From the NCBI GenBank assembly GCA_963707215.1, contig CAVPPB010000002.1:320001-384000 (forward strand): a stretch of DNA of 64,000 nucleotides. The letters are read 5' to 3'. This DNA comes from an uncultured Chloroflexia bacterium (GTDB lineage: Bacteria; Chloroflexota; Limnocylindria; Limnocylindrales; CSP1-4). Positions 9,678 through 21,599 of this stretch are shown here, one piece after another. A program made the position numbers and the translations under genes. Each line of letters begins with the position of its first letter. The first letter of the stretch is position 1. The notes beneath the pieces are model-generated. The model made no database searches, was not told the origin of the DNA, and saw only the letters and a program-made list of their open reading frames with translations.

Positions 9678-10652
9678 GCCCGGTAGCGATCAGGGTCCAC
9701 GTTCCCGCCGCTGACCACGGCGACGATCGGTCCGTCGAGGCCGTCCAGTCCGGCCTCAGCGGAGCGGAATCGCAGGGCCGCCACCGTCAGGGCGCCCGAC
9801 GGCTCCACCACGAGCCGGCTCTCCTCCGCTGCGAGCCGCACGCCGGCGGCGATCTCCGCCTCGCTGACCGTGACGACCGTGTCGAGCAGGGCCGAGAGGT
9901 GGGCGAAGGTCCGTCGACCCAGCGATTGGGTCCGGGTCCCGTCGGCGATCGTCCGGGAGACGAGCTCGGCCGGCCACTCGACGATGCGACCGGTCTCCAG
10001 TGACTCCCGGGCATCGGCCGCCAGCTCCGGTTCGACCCCGACGATCCGGGCTCGCGGATGGAGTGCCCGCACGGCGGCCGCCACGCCGCTGGCCAGGCCG
10101 CCGCCGCCGATCGGGACCAGGACGGCGGCGAGGTCCGGCACCGCCTCGCCGATCTCCAGCCCACAGGTTCCCTGGCCGGCGATGATCCGGTCGTCGTCGT
10201 ACGGCGGCACGACGGCCAGGCCGCGCTCGGCGGCGAGCCGTTCGGCGACCATGCGTCGCTCCTCGCTGGCCGGCCCCACGGTGACGATCTCAGCACCGTC
10301 CGCGGCGACCCGAGCCCGCTTGATCGGCGGGTGCGTCGTCGGGCATGACGACCACGCCGGGCACGCCCAGGAGCCGGGCCGCCCGGGCGACGCCCTGAGC
10401 GTGGTTGCCGGACGAGTAGGTGATCAATCCGCGAGCTCGCGCGTCCGGGGGCAGCGTCGCGGCGAGATGGTAGGCCCCACGGATCTTGAAGGCGCCGATC
10501 GGCTGCAGCGACTCGGCCTTCAGGAGCTGCCGTGCCTCGGGTCGCCCGAAGGGCACCAGGGGAGTGACCGCGGCGACGCCGTCGAGGATGCGGCCAGCGG
10601 CCCGGATCGCCTCGAGCCCGACCAGCGGCTCCACCTCGGTGGGCGCGGTCAA
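9647..10652 (-). CDS. Threonine/serine dehydratase (PLP), frameshifted near 10330
   Basis: [15 protein letters not shown] and SSGNHAQG in one frame; PIGGGGL and SGGNVD in another. Probably a sequencing indel. Confidence 0.85.
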
Positions 10653-10990
10653 CGCCCCGGGCCCAGCCGCCGCTGGCAGTCGATGCAGTGGGCGGCCCAC
10701 GGGAGCGCCTCCAGGCGCTCCTCGGCGATCGGCTGGCCGCACTCGGTGCACGTTCCATAGACCCCGGCGTCGATCCGTTCGAGCGCGGCCCGGATGTCGG
10801 CCAGGTGGTGCTCGGCCTTCTCGCGCAGTGCCAGGTCGCGCTGCTGCTCGAAGACGTGGGTCGCCGCCGCCGCCTGCGAGCCGTAGGTCATCTGACCCGG
10901 CGACTCGATCTCCTCGCTCAGCTCGGCGAGCACCCGGTCCCGCTCGGCCTCGAGAGCGGCGCGGGCGGTGGCCAGGGTCGAGTCGTCCAT
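10649..10990 (-). CDS. TraR/DksA C4-type zinc finger protein
   Basis: YGTCTECG...[15 protein letters not shown]. Start inferred from TAGCAT-N7-ATG. Confidence 0.88.
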   Translation of the reverse strand: MDDSTLATARAALEAERDRVLAELSEEIESPGQMTYGSQAAAATHVFEQQRDLALREKAEHHLADIRAALERIDAGVYGTCTECGQPIAEERLEALPWAAHCIDCQRRLGPGR

Positions 10991-11085
10991 GGCGGCCATG
11001 CTAGCGTGCCCGGCGACCTGCTGGAAGCGTCGTCGGTATCCTTGGGCCCACTACGACCTGGATCGAGCACCGAGAGGGAGGCGCC

Positions 11086-11256
11086 ATGGCCATCGAGAAG
11101 GACCCCGTCTGCGGGATGGACGTCGACACTGCCACGTCCCAGCTTTCCTACGAGTACGAGGGCACGACGTACTGGTTCTGCGGCAAGGGCTGCCTGCTGG
11201 AGTTCAAGGACGATCCCGAGAAGTACCTCGATCCCGACTACGTCCCGTCGATGTGA
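11086..11256 (+). CDS. YHS domain protein (56 aa, absent from the ORF track)
   Basis: MAIEKDPVCGMDV...YEGTTYWFCGKGCLLEFKDDPEKY, with RBS GGGAGG. Confidence 0.9.
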   Translation: MAIEKDPVCGMDVDTATSQLSYEYEGTTYWFCGKGCLLEFKDDPEKYLDPDYVPSM

Positions 11257-11470
11257 TCCGTCCGGTCGGCGAGGCCGCGGCCCGCGCTGCGACTCCGCGC
11301 GTCGGCCCGCTCGCATCTCGTCTCGCGTAAGCGAGCCATAAGCGGAGAAGAACCGATCGACAAGCGCCGGTCGATCAGGGGCGCCTACGGTGGCCCCACG
11401 GCGACGTCGACCGGGGCTCCCGCCGCTCCGAGTCGGTCGCCGACAGGTCGGCGGACGCCGACGGGAGGCG

Positions 11471-11575
11471 ATGATGGACAGGTCCCGACGCTGGCTTCCG
11501 ATCCGGACGGCCCTGACCCTGGTGGCACTCACGGCGATCGCCCTGTCCCTGCAGGCGGGGATGCGCTGGCACTGA
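11471..11575 (+). CDS. Small hydrophobic peptide (34 aa) ending AGMRWH
   Basis: RBS GGGAGG. MMDRSRRWLPIRTALTLVALTAIALSLQAGMRWH. Paralogous to the 22649-22747 peptide. Confidence 0.7.
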   Translation: MMDRSRRWLPIRTALTLVALTAIALSLQAGMRWH

Positions 11576-11582
11576 GCTCCGG

Positions 11583-12401
11583 CTAGCCGCGCGCCCCGGC
11601 GACCGCGCCCGAGTCGGCGGTCAGGCGGGTGGCCAGGTACACCGGGATCACCGAGAGCAGGATGGCGATGACGCCGGCCACGTTGACCAGGGGGACCTGG
11701 TTCGCCAGCCGGAAGCTCTGGAAGATCCAGATCGGCAGCGTCTTGACGCCGCCTGCCGTGAAGATCGTCACGATGATCTCGTCGAACGAGAGGGCGAAGG
11801 CCAGGAGGGCTCCGGCCAGCATCGCCGAGCGGAGCGCTGGGAAGGTGATCCGCCGGAAGGTCTGGACAGGTGTGCGCCCCCAGGTCGGCCGAAGCCTCCT
11901 CGAACGAGCGTCGACGTCCGACGCAGGCGGGCGATCGCGTTGTTGTAGACGAGCACGACGCAGAAGGTCGCGTGGCCGACGACGATCGTGAACCAGCCCG
12001 AGGGGGAAGCCGATCGTGGGCGAACGTGGCGCTGAGGGCCATGCCGGTGACGATGCCCGGCAGGGCGATCGGGAAGATGACCACGAACGAGATCGTCTCG
12101 CGACCGAAGAAGCGGTAGCGGGCGACCGCCAGCGCCGCCAGCGATCCGAGCAGGAGGGCGACCAGGGTCGCCCCCAGCGCGACCGTCGAGCGAAGTCAGG
12201 AAGGCCTGCTGGAGGCCGGTGTTGCGCAGCGCGTCTCGGCGAACCAGTCGCAGGGTGAAGCCGGACGGCGGCCAGGCGGCCGTGCCGCCGGGTTGAAGGC
12301 GTAGATGACCAGATCAGGGCGATCGGGAAGTAGATGAACATGAGGATCAGCCCGGTCGCCATCGCGGAGGCGCGATCCGGGTCCCGCGGCTGGCCGTCCA
12401 T
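11583..12401 (-). CDS. Polyamine ABC transporter permease (PotC-like), frameshifted
   Basis: [13 protein letters not shown] loop and LAFALSFDE. Pieces lie in several frames. Confidence 0.8.
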   Translation of the reverse strand: MDGQPRDPDRASAMATGLILMFIYFPIALIWSSTPSTRRHGRLAAVRLHPATGSPRRAAQHRPPAGLPDFARRSRWGRPWSPSCSDRWRRWRSPATASSVARRSRSWSSSRSPCRASSPAWPSAPRSPTIGFPLGLVHDRRRPRDLLRRARLQQRDRPPASDVDARSRRLRPTWGRTPVQTFRRITFPALRSAMLAGALLAFALSFDEIIVTIFTAGGVKTLPIWIFQSFRLANQVPLVNVAGVIAILLSVIPVYLATRLTADSGAVAGARG

Positions 12402-13312
12402 CAGAGGGCCTCGAACGCGCCGAGCCGCCGCGCGAGCAGCAGGTAGAGCGAGCATGATCGCCAGGGGCACCAGCGACGTAGGCGGCCGCCAGCGGGAAGT
12501 TCCGGCGCCGAAGTTGACGTAGATGAGTTGCCGATGAACTGATCGTCGTCGACACGGTGGTCGGCACGATGTAGTCACCGAGCGTCAGCGAGAAGGTGAA
12601 GATCGATCCGGCGACGACGAGCCGGGAAGGTCAGCGGCAGGATGACCCGCCGGAAGGTGATCCAGGACTGCCCACCGAGGTCGGCCGACGCCTCGAGCAG
12701 CGAGCCGGGGATGCGCTCGAGGCCGGCGATAGACCGGCAGGATCATGTACGGCAGCCAGAGGTAGACGAAGACGAGCCAGACGGCGACGTCGCCGAAGCC
12801 GGGACCGCTCAGGCCGAGCGGCTCGAGGACCCAGTTGAGGACGCCGTCCTCGGCCAGGATCAGCCGCCACGAGTAGACCTTGATGAGGTAGCTCGCCCAG
12901 AGCGGCATCGATGACCGCGACCACCAGGATCGCGTTGCGCATCCGCGGCGAGGCGACCCTGGCCATGTAGTAGGCGATCGGCAGGGCCAGGATCGCGCAG
13001 GTCAGCGGTGACGCGCGATCGGCCATGAGCACGCGTCCGGAGGGTGATCGACGGGGTAGCGGCCGTCTGATCAGCGCGACGAAGTTGTCGAGGGTGAGCT
13101 CGTAGACGATCAGGCCGGTGAAGGGTCCCGCGTCCAGAAGGCGTTGAGGAACAGGATCAGCGAGCGAGCCCGAGGTAGACGATGACGAGCCAACCCATCG
13201 GCAGGCGCCAGCAAGGCTGCCAGCCGGACCGAGGCGTGCCGGTGGAGCCAGCTCGCAAGCCGTCGAGCCGGCGTCGGCCGGGGGCCTGGATCCGGCTCAC
13301 CTGGGTCGTCAT
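12401..13312 (-). CDS. Polyamine ABC transporter permease (PotB-like), frameshifted
   Basis: PLWASYLIKVYSWR, YLWLPYMILPVY and LALPIAYY segments in different frames. Confidence 0.8.
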
Positions 13313-13395
13313 CGTCTCCGTGACTCTAGAAGCGTCGGCCCGGGACCCACGGTGCGGGGGCCCCGGCCGACGGCTCTGCTGTGGTCGGGAGGCCG

Positions 13396-14592
13396 TCAGC
13401 CAGCCCTGATCTCGTGCCAGGCTTCTGGATCCAATCGTCGAAGCCCTTGCACTTCACGTCCGTCCGCCCGTCGACGCACTCCGCCACCGGCGTCTGCCAG
13501 TACCAGACGTCCGGTCCAGAACGCGTCTCGCCGCGTGGAAGATGTCGCAGTGGTCGGGGTCGGCGGTGAGCTCGCAGGACTTCGAGTTGCCCGGCGCCTC
13601 GCCGAACCACTCGGCGATCGGACGTTGATCGCGGGCGAGGTCATGTGGTTGACGAAGGCGTAGGCGCAGTTCGGGTTCTTGGTCTTCGAGTTGATCATCC
13701 AGGTGTCGGACCAGCCCGTCGCGCCCTCCTTGGGCTTGACGACCTCGACCGGCACCGTCGGATCCTCGCCCTGGAGGAGGTTCGTGATGACCTGCCAGGT
13801 CGTCCCGAGGATCGTGTTGCCGCTCCGGAACGACGTCCATCTGCTTGGGTAGTCGCGCCCAGTACTCACCGACCGCCGGCTTCTGCTGCTTGAGCAGGTC
13901 GACCGCGGCCGCGAACTGCGTGTCGTCGAGCGCGTACGGGTTCTCGATGCCGAGGTCGGGCTTCGTCGTCATCAGGACGACGGCTGCGTCGGCGATGTAG
14001 ATCGGGGCGTCATAGACGGAGAACTTGCCGTTGTACGGCGAGCCGGGTCGAACATCTCGGACCCAGCTTCGTCGGTGCCGGGCGTGACCTCGTCGGTCCG
14101 CCACATCAGGAGGTTCGAGCTCCGCGGCCGTGCGGGACGCCGTAGTGGACGCCGTCGACCGTGTTGTACGGCTTGTTCTTGAGGTCGCTCGAAGATCTCG
14201 GCGTAGTTCGGGATGAGGTCGACGTTGACCGGCTGGACGAAGCCCGCCGGCGACCGAGCCGAAGGCTGGCGTCGCCCGAGGCGGAGATGACGTCGAACTG
14301 CTCCGGATTGGTCGGGAACAGGCGTGTACGCCTCGTCGGAGGTCCCGAAGATCTGGACGGTGATCGTCGCAGCCGGTCTCCTCTCGAAGGGGGTCACCCA
14401 GTCGACGGCCGGGTCGGTCGAGCCGTCCTCGACGTAGCCCGGCCAGGCCAGCACGTTGATCGCCTGACCCTCGTCCTCGCCGAGCTCGGTGGGCAGGCTC
14501 CGGCGCCGGCGACGGGCTGTGCTTCCGCTGCTGCACGCCGCGACGACGAACGCCGCCGTGGCAGCGATCGTCAGGATCCTGCGGATCGTCAT
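13396..14592 (-). CDS. Polyamine ABC transporter substrate-binding lipoprotein (PotD/YdcS-like), frameshifted
   Basis: Lipobox [13 protein letters not shown]...DWVTPFE and [12 protein letters not shown]. Strong RBS. Confidence 0.8.
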
Positions 14593-15692
14593 GCCGTTGA
14601 TCTCCTCCTCCGCGTGCTCTGCCCCATCCACGATGGGGAGGCAGTGCTGTCGCTTCCAGATGAGCCGGACCGCCCGGCCCTGCGCGGCGAGCGCCTCGGT
14701 CGAGGACGTGTGCAGGTTCTGCTGGGTCACGACGAGCTCGCCGCCCGCGTCGAGCGCGACGATGTAGCGCGTGTCGGGCCCGACGTAGACGACATCCCGG
14801 ATCCGCCCCGGGCGCCGACGTCGTCCGGCCCCGGCACGCTGTCCTGGATCGCGCCAGGTGGATCTTCTCCGGCCGGACGGTGAACGTCCCGTCGCCGGCC
14901 GACGATCGCTCCCGCGACGTCGCCGATGAGCAGGTTCGACGTCCCGACGAAGCCCGCGACGAACCGCGGTCGCGGCCGCTCGTAGACCTCGGCGGGGCGC
15001 CGACCTGCTCGATCCGGCCCTTGTTGAAGACGGCCAGGCGGTCGCTCATCGTGAGCGCCTCCTCCTGGTCGTGGGTCACGTAGATGAAGGTGATCCCGAC
15101 CTCCTGCTGGATCCGCTTCAGCTCGATCTGCATCTCCTCGCGGAGCTTCAGGTCGAGCGCGCCCAGCGGCTCGTCGAGGAGCAGGACGCGCGGTCGGTTC
15201 ACGAGCGCGCGCGCGAGCGCGACCCGCTGGCGCTGGCCGCCGGACAGCTGCCCTGGCTTGCGGTCCTCGTAGCCCTCCAGCCGGACCATCTCGGAGGGCG
15301 TCGGTCACGCGCGCTGCCGCTCCGGCCTCGGGCACCTTGCGGACCATCAGGCCGTAGCCGACGTTGTCGCCGACGGTCATGTGCGGGAACAGGGCGTAGT
15401 CCTGGAAGACCGTGTTCACGTCGCGGTCGAACGGCGGCACGCTGGTGACGTCCTGGCCGTGGAGCTCGATGCGGCCCTCCGTCGGCAGCTCGAAGCCGGC
15501 GATCATCCGCAGCGTCGTCGTCTTGCCCGATCCCGACGGGCCGAGCATCGAGAAGAACTCGCCGTCGGCGATGTCGAGGTCGATCCCGGCGACCGCCTCG
15601 ACATCGCCGAAGCGCTTCGTGACCGCGATGAGCCGGACCGCCGGCTCGGTCCGGGCGGTCCTCTCGACTGGATCGGCTGCGGTGATCGTCAC
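14589..15692 (-). CDS. Polyamine ABC transporter ATP-binding protein (PotA-like), frameshifted
   Basis: [40 protein letters not shown] and THDQEEA. Confidence 0.85.
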
Positions 15693-15865
15693 ACAGGTCC
15701 TCGGATCGGGCGGCGGCGCGTTCGGGGGCGGACGGCTCCGCGGTCGGGGACCCGCGCCTCGCGGGCCGCGGGCCGCGGGATGGCGCGCACTGTGACGCTC
15801 CGCGGCCCGCGATGTCAAGGTGGCCGACCCCACCCGGTTCGGTCTCTGCCCGTAGACTCCCGGCC

Positions 15866-16382
15866 GTGCACGTGTCGTCCGCCCGGTCCATCCGTCCCGC
15901 TCATCGCCCTCGTCCTGTTCGGCGCCCTGGTCGCCGGCTGCGAGGCGGGCGAGCCTACGACGACCCCGCGACCGGAGCCGGGCACCACCGAGCGGCCGCG
16001 CGAGGTCAACATCGTCATGCGCGACTACCTGTTCGCGCCCGACCCCGTCGATCTGGTCCCGGGCGAGACGGTCCGCCTCCAGGTGGTGAACGGCGGACTC
16101 GACTGGCACGAGGTCGTCATCGGCGACCAGGCCGTCCAGGACGCCTGGGAGGTCGCCGAGGCGGCAACCGTCGGGGCCCCGCCCGGTCCGACCCCCGCCG
16201 TGAGTGTCCCGCCGGGCACCGGTGGGCTCCGCGTCGTCGTCTCGTCCGGTGGGCGAGCGGACGTCGTCTGGAACGTGCCCAGCGATCCGGCGGAGGTGGC
16301 CCGGCTGATCGTCGGCTGCCACATCCCCGGTCACTACGCCCGCGGGATGAAGGCCGAGGTCCGGGTCGTCTCGGCCCCCTGA
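15866..16382 (+). CDS. Cupredoxin (type-1 copper) lipoprotein; 5' end probably frameshifted
   Basis: Lipobox LVAGC and WHEVVIG...[18 protein letters not shown]7-GTG at 15866 is out of frame with the body. Confidence 0.75.
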
Positions 16383-16518
16383 GCCCGGTCGCATGGCCCC
16401 CGACCGCGGTCGGGACGGACCTCGCGCCCGGCATCCGATTTGCTACGCTGGCGATGGGTTCACCGCTGGGTCCCGGTGACGCCGACGAGACCATCAAGTT
16501 CGCAGGAGAGCAGAAGAC

Positions 16519-16809
<291 letters not shown>

Positions 16810-16952
16810 CGCCGGGCGGCGAGGCTGCCCCGATCTCCCGTCCACGACTCCCGCACCGAGCCCGCGCACCAGGGCGCCGGTCCGGCCCACCCCCGTCGTC
16901 CGTCCGTCGCCTGGATACGGGCGCGTGCAGTCGCACGGCCTAGACTCGCCCC

Positions 16953-17874
16953 ATGCGCATCGTGTCGCTCACGCCGACGGCGACCGAGATCGCGCGCGCC
17001 CTGGGCCTGGGTCCGCGCATCGTCGGGGTGGGTCATCCCGACAGCGCGCCGGCCGCCCGCCCGGTGCGACGCATCGCGAAGCCGGAGCGGCGGCTCGACG
17101 GTCGCCGGAGCCGGACGATCCATCGAGCCTCGACGGCAGCCGTGGCCGCCGGCCGGTCGCTCGTCCGGGTCGACATCCCCGGCCTGGTGGCCCTCCGGCC
17201 CGATCTGATCGTCGGCACCGAGCCGGGGGACCCGCTGGGGCCTGACGTCGACGAGGTCCGGGCCGCGGTCCACCGGGCGGACCGTCGGCCGACGCTGCTC
17301 CAGCTCGATCCCGACCAGCGTCGAGGGCATCCTCCACGCGATCACGACGGTCGGGGCGCATGCCGAGGTGGAGCCGGCGGCGCTGCGCGTCGTCGCCCGG
17401 CTCCGCGGTCGTCTGGGCAGGATCGAGCGCCGGGTCCTGCGGCGCCGCGAGGCCGGCCACCGCCCTCCCCGGGTCGTGATCCTGGAGTGGCTCGATCCGC
17501 TGCGGGCTTCGGGTCGCTGGGTCCCCGAGCTGGTCCGCCGGGCCGGTGGATGGGAGGTGCTCGGGCGGGAGGGCGAGCCGTCCGTCGCGACGACCTGGCG
17601 GGCGGTCGCCGAGGTCGATCCCGAGCTGCTCTTCCTGGCCCCGCGCGGCTTCGACACCCGGGGGGCGGCGGCGGAGTGGGCTCGCATCCGGCGACCGGCG
17701 GCCTGGGGTCGGCTGGAGGCGGTGCGGCGAGGCCAGGTCATGGTCCTCGACTCGCGCCTGCTGGCCCATCCCGGACCGGCGGTCCTCGACGGGATCGAGC
17801 TGCTGGCCGAGATCCTGGACCCGGAGGCCTTCGTCGACGTCGCGTCGCCGGCCGCCTGGGTCCCGGTGGACTAG
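16953..17874 (+). CDS. BtuF/TroA-like ABC substrate-binding protein, frameshifted near 17310
   Basis: MRIVSLTPTATEI, LRPDLI, LEWLDP...GRWVPEL and HPGP motifs. Confidence 0.75.
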
Positions 17875-17884
17875 GCTCGCCGCG

Positions 17885-18838
17885 ATGCCGTTTCGGGAGA
17901 CCTTCGACTGCCTCTGGTGCGGTGCGCCGCATGCGGTCCGCGGACCCGGGGATCTGGAGGGCTGGGCGCAGCTCTGCCCGACCTGCCTGGGGCGCGTGGG
18001 CGACAACCCCTTCCTGCGTTTCCGCCTGCGGACCGCCATCGACGAGCGGGCGGCATCGCGGGCCGCCGACCGACCGGTCGCGGCGCCGAGCCGCGAGGAG
18101 CACGAGGCGTCCGACCTCGCCGCCTACTACGAGGCCCGCGCCGCCGAGTACGACGACTGGTACCTGCGGCGCGGCCGCTACGATCGCGGGCCCATCGCCA
18201 CCGTGGCCTGGCAGGCCGACCTCGACGAAGCGACTCGCTGGCTCGACGGACTCCCGTGGGGCGGGCGGATCGTCGAATTGGCCGCCGGGACCGGCTGGTG
18301 GTCGCCGATCCTCGCCTCCCGAGGTGAGCTGTGGTGCTTCGATGCCGCCGCGGCGCCCCTGGATCGCGCCCGCGACCGACTCCTGGCCCACGGCCTCCGA
18401 GCCCATCTCCACGTCCGCGACGCCTGGGCGGAGCCGGACGAGCCGGCCGACGGCCTGTTCACCGGGTTCTGGCTGAGCCATGTCAGGCCCGACCGCCTGC
18501 CGGCGTTCCTGGCCCTTGCCCGGCGTTGGCTGCGGCCTGGTGGCAGGTACGCCTTCATCGACTCACGGCCGGACCCGGAGTCCGGTGCGCCCGACCAGTC
18601 GCCGCCGGACGCGACCGGGATCTCCACCCGGCGTCTTGCCGACGGGCGGACCTTCCGCATCCCGAAGCTCTACCACGACCCGGAGACCCTGGCCGGGGAG
18701 CTGCGACGGGCCGGTTTCGAGGACGTCGACGTGCGGACGACGAGCCGTTTCTTCGTCCTGGGACGGGCCGGATCGGGCGAGGCCGGCCCGGGCAAGGTCG
18801 AAGCATCCGACGACCGCCGGGATCCTCCCGGGCCGTAG
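17885..18838 (+). CDS. Class I SAM-dependent methyltransferase with an N-terminal CxxC..CxxC
   Basis: YYEARAAEYDDWY, VELAAGTG and FWLSHV; CLWC and CPTC at the N-terminus. Confidence 0.85.
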   Translation: MPFRETFDCLWCGAPHAVRGPGDLEGWAQLCPTCLGRVGDNPFLRFRLRTAIDERAASRAADRPVAAPSREEHEASDLAAYYEARAAEYDDWYLRRGRYDRGPIATVAWQADLDEATRWLDGLPWGGRIVELAAGTGWWSPILASRGELWCFDAAAAPLDRARDRLLAHGLRAHLHVRDAWAEPDEPADGLFTGFWLSHVRPDRLPAFLALARRWLRPGGRYAFIDSRPDPESGAPDQSPPDATGISTRRLADGRTFRIPKLYHDPETLAGELRRAGFEDVDVRTTSRFFVLGRAGSGEAGPGKVEASDDRRDPPGP

Positions 18839-18944
18839 CCCGCAGGAGCACGTGGGCCCGGGTCCAGGTGGCCGCCGTCCCGCGTGCCGGGCCCCCGGGC
18901 CGTGGGTCGCGCCCGGGCCGGGGCCCGCCCGTATACTCCCGGCG

Positions 18945-19826
18945 ATGTCGCCCCTCCAGGACCGGACCATCGCGACGGTCGGCACCGGGGTGATGGCCGA
19001 GGCCATCATCGCGGGGCTCCTGCGCGCCGGCCTCGTCGAGCCGCCGCAGGTGGTCGCCAGCCACGCACGACCCGAGCGGCGCGAGCACCTCGAGCGCGAG
19101 TACGGCATCCGTGCCGTCGGCACCAACGTCGAGGCCGTCGAGGGGGCCGACATCGTCCTCCTCGCCATCAAGCCCCAGATGCTCGTCCGGGTCGGCCGCG
19201 AGATCGGACCGCACCTCCGACGCGGCCAGCTCGTCCTGTCGGTGCTGGCCGGGGCCACGACGGCGGCCATGACCGCGGTCCTGGGTCACGACCAGGTCGT
19301 CCGGAGCATGCCCAACACGCCGGCCCGTCTGGGGCACGGCATGACCGTCTGGTACGCCACGCCGGCGACGACCGCTGAGCAGCGGGCCCAGGCCGCCGCG
19401 TTGCTGCGAGCCTTGGGCGCCGAGCTGGAGGTCGACGACGAGAAGTTCGTGGCGATGGCGACGGCGGTGTCGGGGACCGGCCCGACCTATGTCTTCCTCG
19501 TCATGGAAGCCCTCATCGACGCGGCGGTCCACCTCGGGTTCCCGCGCCACATCGCCCACGACCTGGTCATCGAGACGCTCGAGGGCAGCACGCTCTTCGC
19601 GAAGCAGAGCGGGATGCATCCGGCCGAGCTCCGGAACATGGTCACCTCGCCGGGCGGGACGAGCGCGGCCGCCCTGCACGAGTTGGAGTCCGGCCGCCTT
19701 CGCACGGTCCTCTCCGAGGCCGTCTGGGCCGCCTTCCACCGAACCGTCGAGCTGGGTGACCAGCTCGAGCGCTCGGCCCTTCCGTCGGACGACGAGGCGC
19801 GCGACCCGACGAACCGATCGCGATGA
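18945..19826 (+). CDS. proC: Pyrroline-5-carboxylate reductase
   Basis: GTGVMA, AIKPQ, RSMPNTP and VTSPGGTS motifs. Confidence 0.95.
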   Translation: MSPLQDRTIATVGTGVMAEAIIAGLLRAGLVEPPQVVASHARPERREHLEREYGIRAVGTNVEAVEGADIVLLAIKPQMLVRVGREIGPHLRRGQLVLSVLAGATTAAMTAVLGHDQVVRSMPNTPARLGHGMTVWYATPATTAEQRAQAAALLRALGAELEVDDEKFVAMATAVSGTGPTYVFLVMEALIDAAVHLGFPRHIAHDLVIETLEGSTLFAKQSGMHPAELRNMVTSPGGTSAAALHELESGRLRTVLSEAVWAAFHRTVELGDQLERSALPSDDEARDPTNRSR

Positions 19827-20902
19827 CGACCTCCGGCTCGAGCCCTGGGATCGACCTCCGGCGAGCCCCGCTGCAGGTCATCAGGAGCCTCGACCTGCGC
19901 TCTCCCGACCGGGATCTGTGGGCCGACGAGCGAGCCATCTGGGATCGCTTCGCGGCCTCGTGGGCAGGTCTCGACGACGCAGCCTGGCGGCTGGCCGGGG
20001 CGGCCCCGTCGGACGCCGGCGGGCCGGATTGGTCGCTCCTCGATCACGTCGCTCACACGGCGCACTGGCAGGAGGTCGCCATCGGCTACGTCGCCGAGGC
20101 CGAGCGGACCGGTCGGTGGCCATCCGACGAGGACTTCGACGGCGGCGATTTCGACCGCTACAACGAGCGGATGCGGACGCCCTGGGAGGGCCTGTCCCCG
20201 GGCGAGGTCCGGACGCGGCTGATCGCCGGGCACGATCGCCTCCTCGAGGCGGTGCGGCGGCTCGACCCGACGGTGGTCCGCTCCGACGAGGCCTGGGGCT
20301 GGATCTTCATGACCCTCCACGGTCACCAGCTCGACCATCTCGGCATCATCGAGCCGTGGGCGGAGCGCCTCCGCGAGCGACAGGCTGGCCACGACCCCTT
20401 CGTGGCCGACCCGCGGCCCGGCCCCGGCGAGGACCCGCTGGCCGGGTTCCTGGCGGCCGAGGCCTCGGCGATGGCCCTATGGCAGGACCTGCTCGCTGAT
20501 ATCCCGACCGAGCGCTGGACCGAGTCGCCGGTCACGCCGGGCTGGACGCTCCGGGATCACGTCGCCCACCTGGCCGACTGGTTCGCCGAGGGTGCGGCGG
20601 CCATCGAGGACCATCTCCGTGGGAGCCCCTGGCGCGACGGACCCGAGGAGGGCTTCGACGCCTGGAACGAGCGGGCGCTCGAGCGGCACCGGGATGAGAC
20701 GCCGACGGCCGTCCTCGAGCGGTTCTCCGCCTCGCGCCAACGCCTGCTGGAGCTGGTCGCCGCACTACCGACGGAGACCCTGCTGAGCGAGGATGGCTGG
20801 TCCTGGTCCTACGAGTGCCTGCACGGTCATGTCCGATCCCACCTCGCCATGATCGGCCCGTGGTGTGCGCGCATCGACTGGCCACCGGCCGATCCGGCAT
20901 GA
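19823..20902 (+). CDS. Tandem DinB/MDMPI-like four-helix-bundle protein
   Basis: Two copies of W(S/T)LxDHVAH...H..xH. Confidence 0.75.
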   Translation: MTTSGSSPGIDLRRAPLQVIRSLDLRSPDRDLWADERAIWDRFAASWAGLDDAAWRLAGAAPSDAGGPDWSLLDHVAHTAHWQEVAIGYVAEAERTGRWPSDEDFDGGDFDRYNERMRTPWEGLSPGEVRTRLIAGHDRLLEAVRRLDPTVVRSDEAWGWIFMTLHGHQLDHLGIIEPWAERLRERQAGHDPFVADPRPGPGEDPLAGFLAAEASAMALWQDLLADIPTERWTESPVTPGWTLRDHVAHLADWFAEGAAAIEDHLRGSPWRDGPEEGFDAWNERALERHRDETPTAVLERFSASRQRLLELVAALPTETLLSEDGWSWSYECLHGHVRSHLAMIGPWCARIDWPPADPA

Positions 20903-21558
20903 CGACGCCCGATCCCGAGCCCGGAGCCAGCGTGCCGGACCCGCGCCTGGAGCTGGACCTGCTGGCCGCCCAGCTCGAGCGGATGCGGGCGATGCTCTTC
21001 GGCTACTCGTCGATGTTCTTCGCCCGGATCCGCGACTGGACGATCGTGTCGATCGCGCTCCTGGTCCTGGGCGGAAGCGGGCTGGTCCCGGCCGCGATCG
21101 CCCCGGTGCCGTTCATCGTGCCGTTCGCCTTCCTCGAGACCGGCTATCTCTTCTACTACACGGTCTTCGCCCGGCGACACGCGGAGCGTCTCGAGCAGGC
21201 CATCAACGATCGGGCCGGCCGCGAGGTCCTCGCTGCCCATCGACTCGAGGCGGCCTACTTCTACGAGCCCGACGCCCCGAAGGTCGCCGCCCTCAGCCTC
21301 CGCCGCCCGTTCGGCTACACGTCGGCGATGACCGTCGGCTACTCGGTCGGCGCGCTACTGCTGTGGGTCGCCGGGATCGTCGGCCTGGCCGACCTCGTCG
21401 GGTCGCTGGTGGAGCCTGGCTTGATGGCCTTCGCCGTGCCGGTGGCCCTCGTCTGGACCGGCGCGATCGTGGCCTACCTCCTCTGGACCTTCCTCCGGCG
21501 GCCCGATGAGCGGCGACTCCTCGACGCCCTCGAGACCAGCTACCGCCTCAAGGCCTGA
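20899..21558 (+). CDS. Hypothetical membrane protein
   Basis: ATGA overlap, about 4 hydrophobic segments, coding-like GC3. Confidence 0.7.
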   Translation: MTTPDPEPGASVPDPRLELDLLAAQLERMRAMLFGYSSMFFARIRDWTIVSIALLVLGGSGLVPAAIAPVPFIVPFAFLETGYLFYYTVFARRHAERLEQAINDRAGREVLAAHRLEAAYFYEPDAPKVAALSLRRPFGYTSAMTVGYSVGALLLWVAGIVGLADLVGSLVEPGLMAFAVPVALVWTGAIVAYLLWTFLRRPDERRLLDALETSYRLKA

Positions 21559-21599
21559 GCGTGCCGTCGAACGGGCTGCCGGCCCTGGCCGAGCGAGGC

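Noticed and set aside
11431-11445. Additional Crp-type site AGTCG-N5-CGACA
   Set aside because: The spacer length is wrong and one half-site has a mismatch.
11583-15900. Polyamine ABC operon as a decayed pseudogene cluster or programmed frameshifting
   Set aside because: Dense 1-bp indels with otherwise intact motifs across adjacent genes fit low-coverage consensus error better. Read data are needed to be sure.
16450-16518. Fluoride-riboswitch-like start (GGCGATGGGTTCACC) in the ferredoxin leader
   Set aside because: The P1 pairing is mismatched, the 3' consensus is not convincing and the downstream gene is atypical. An Infernal/Rfam search would settle it.
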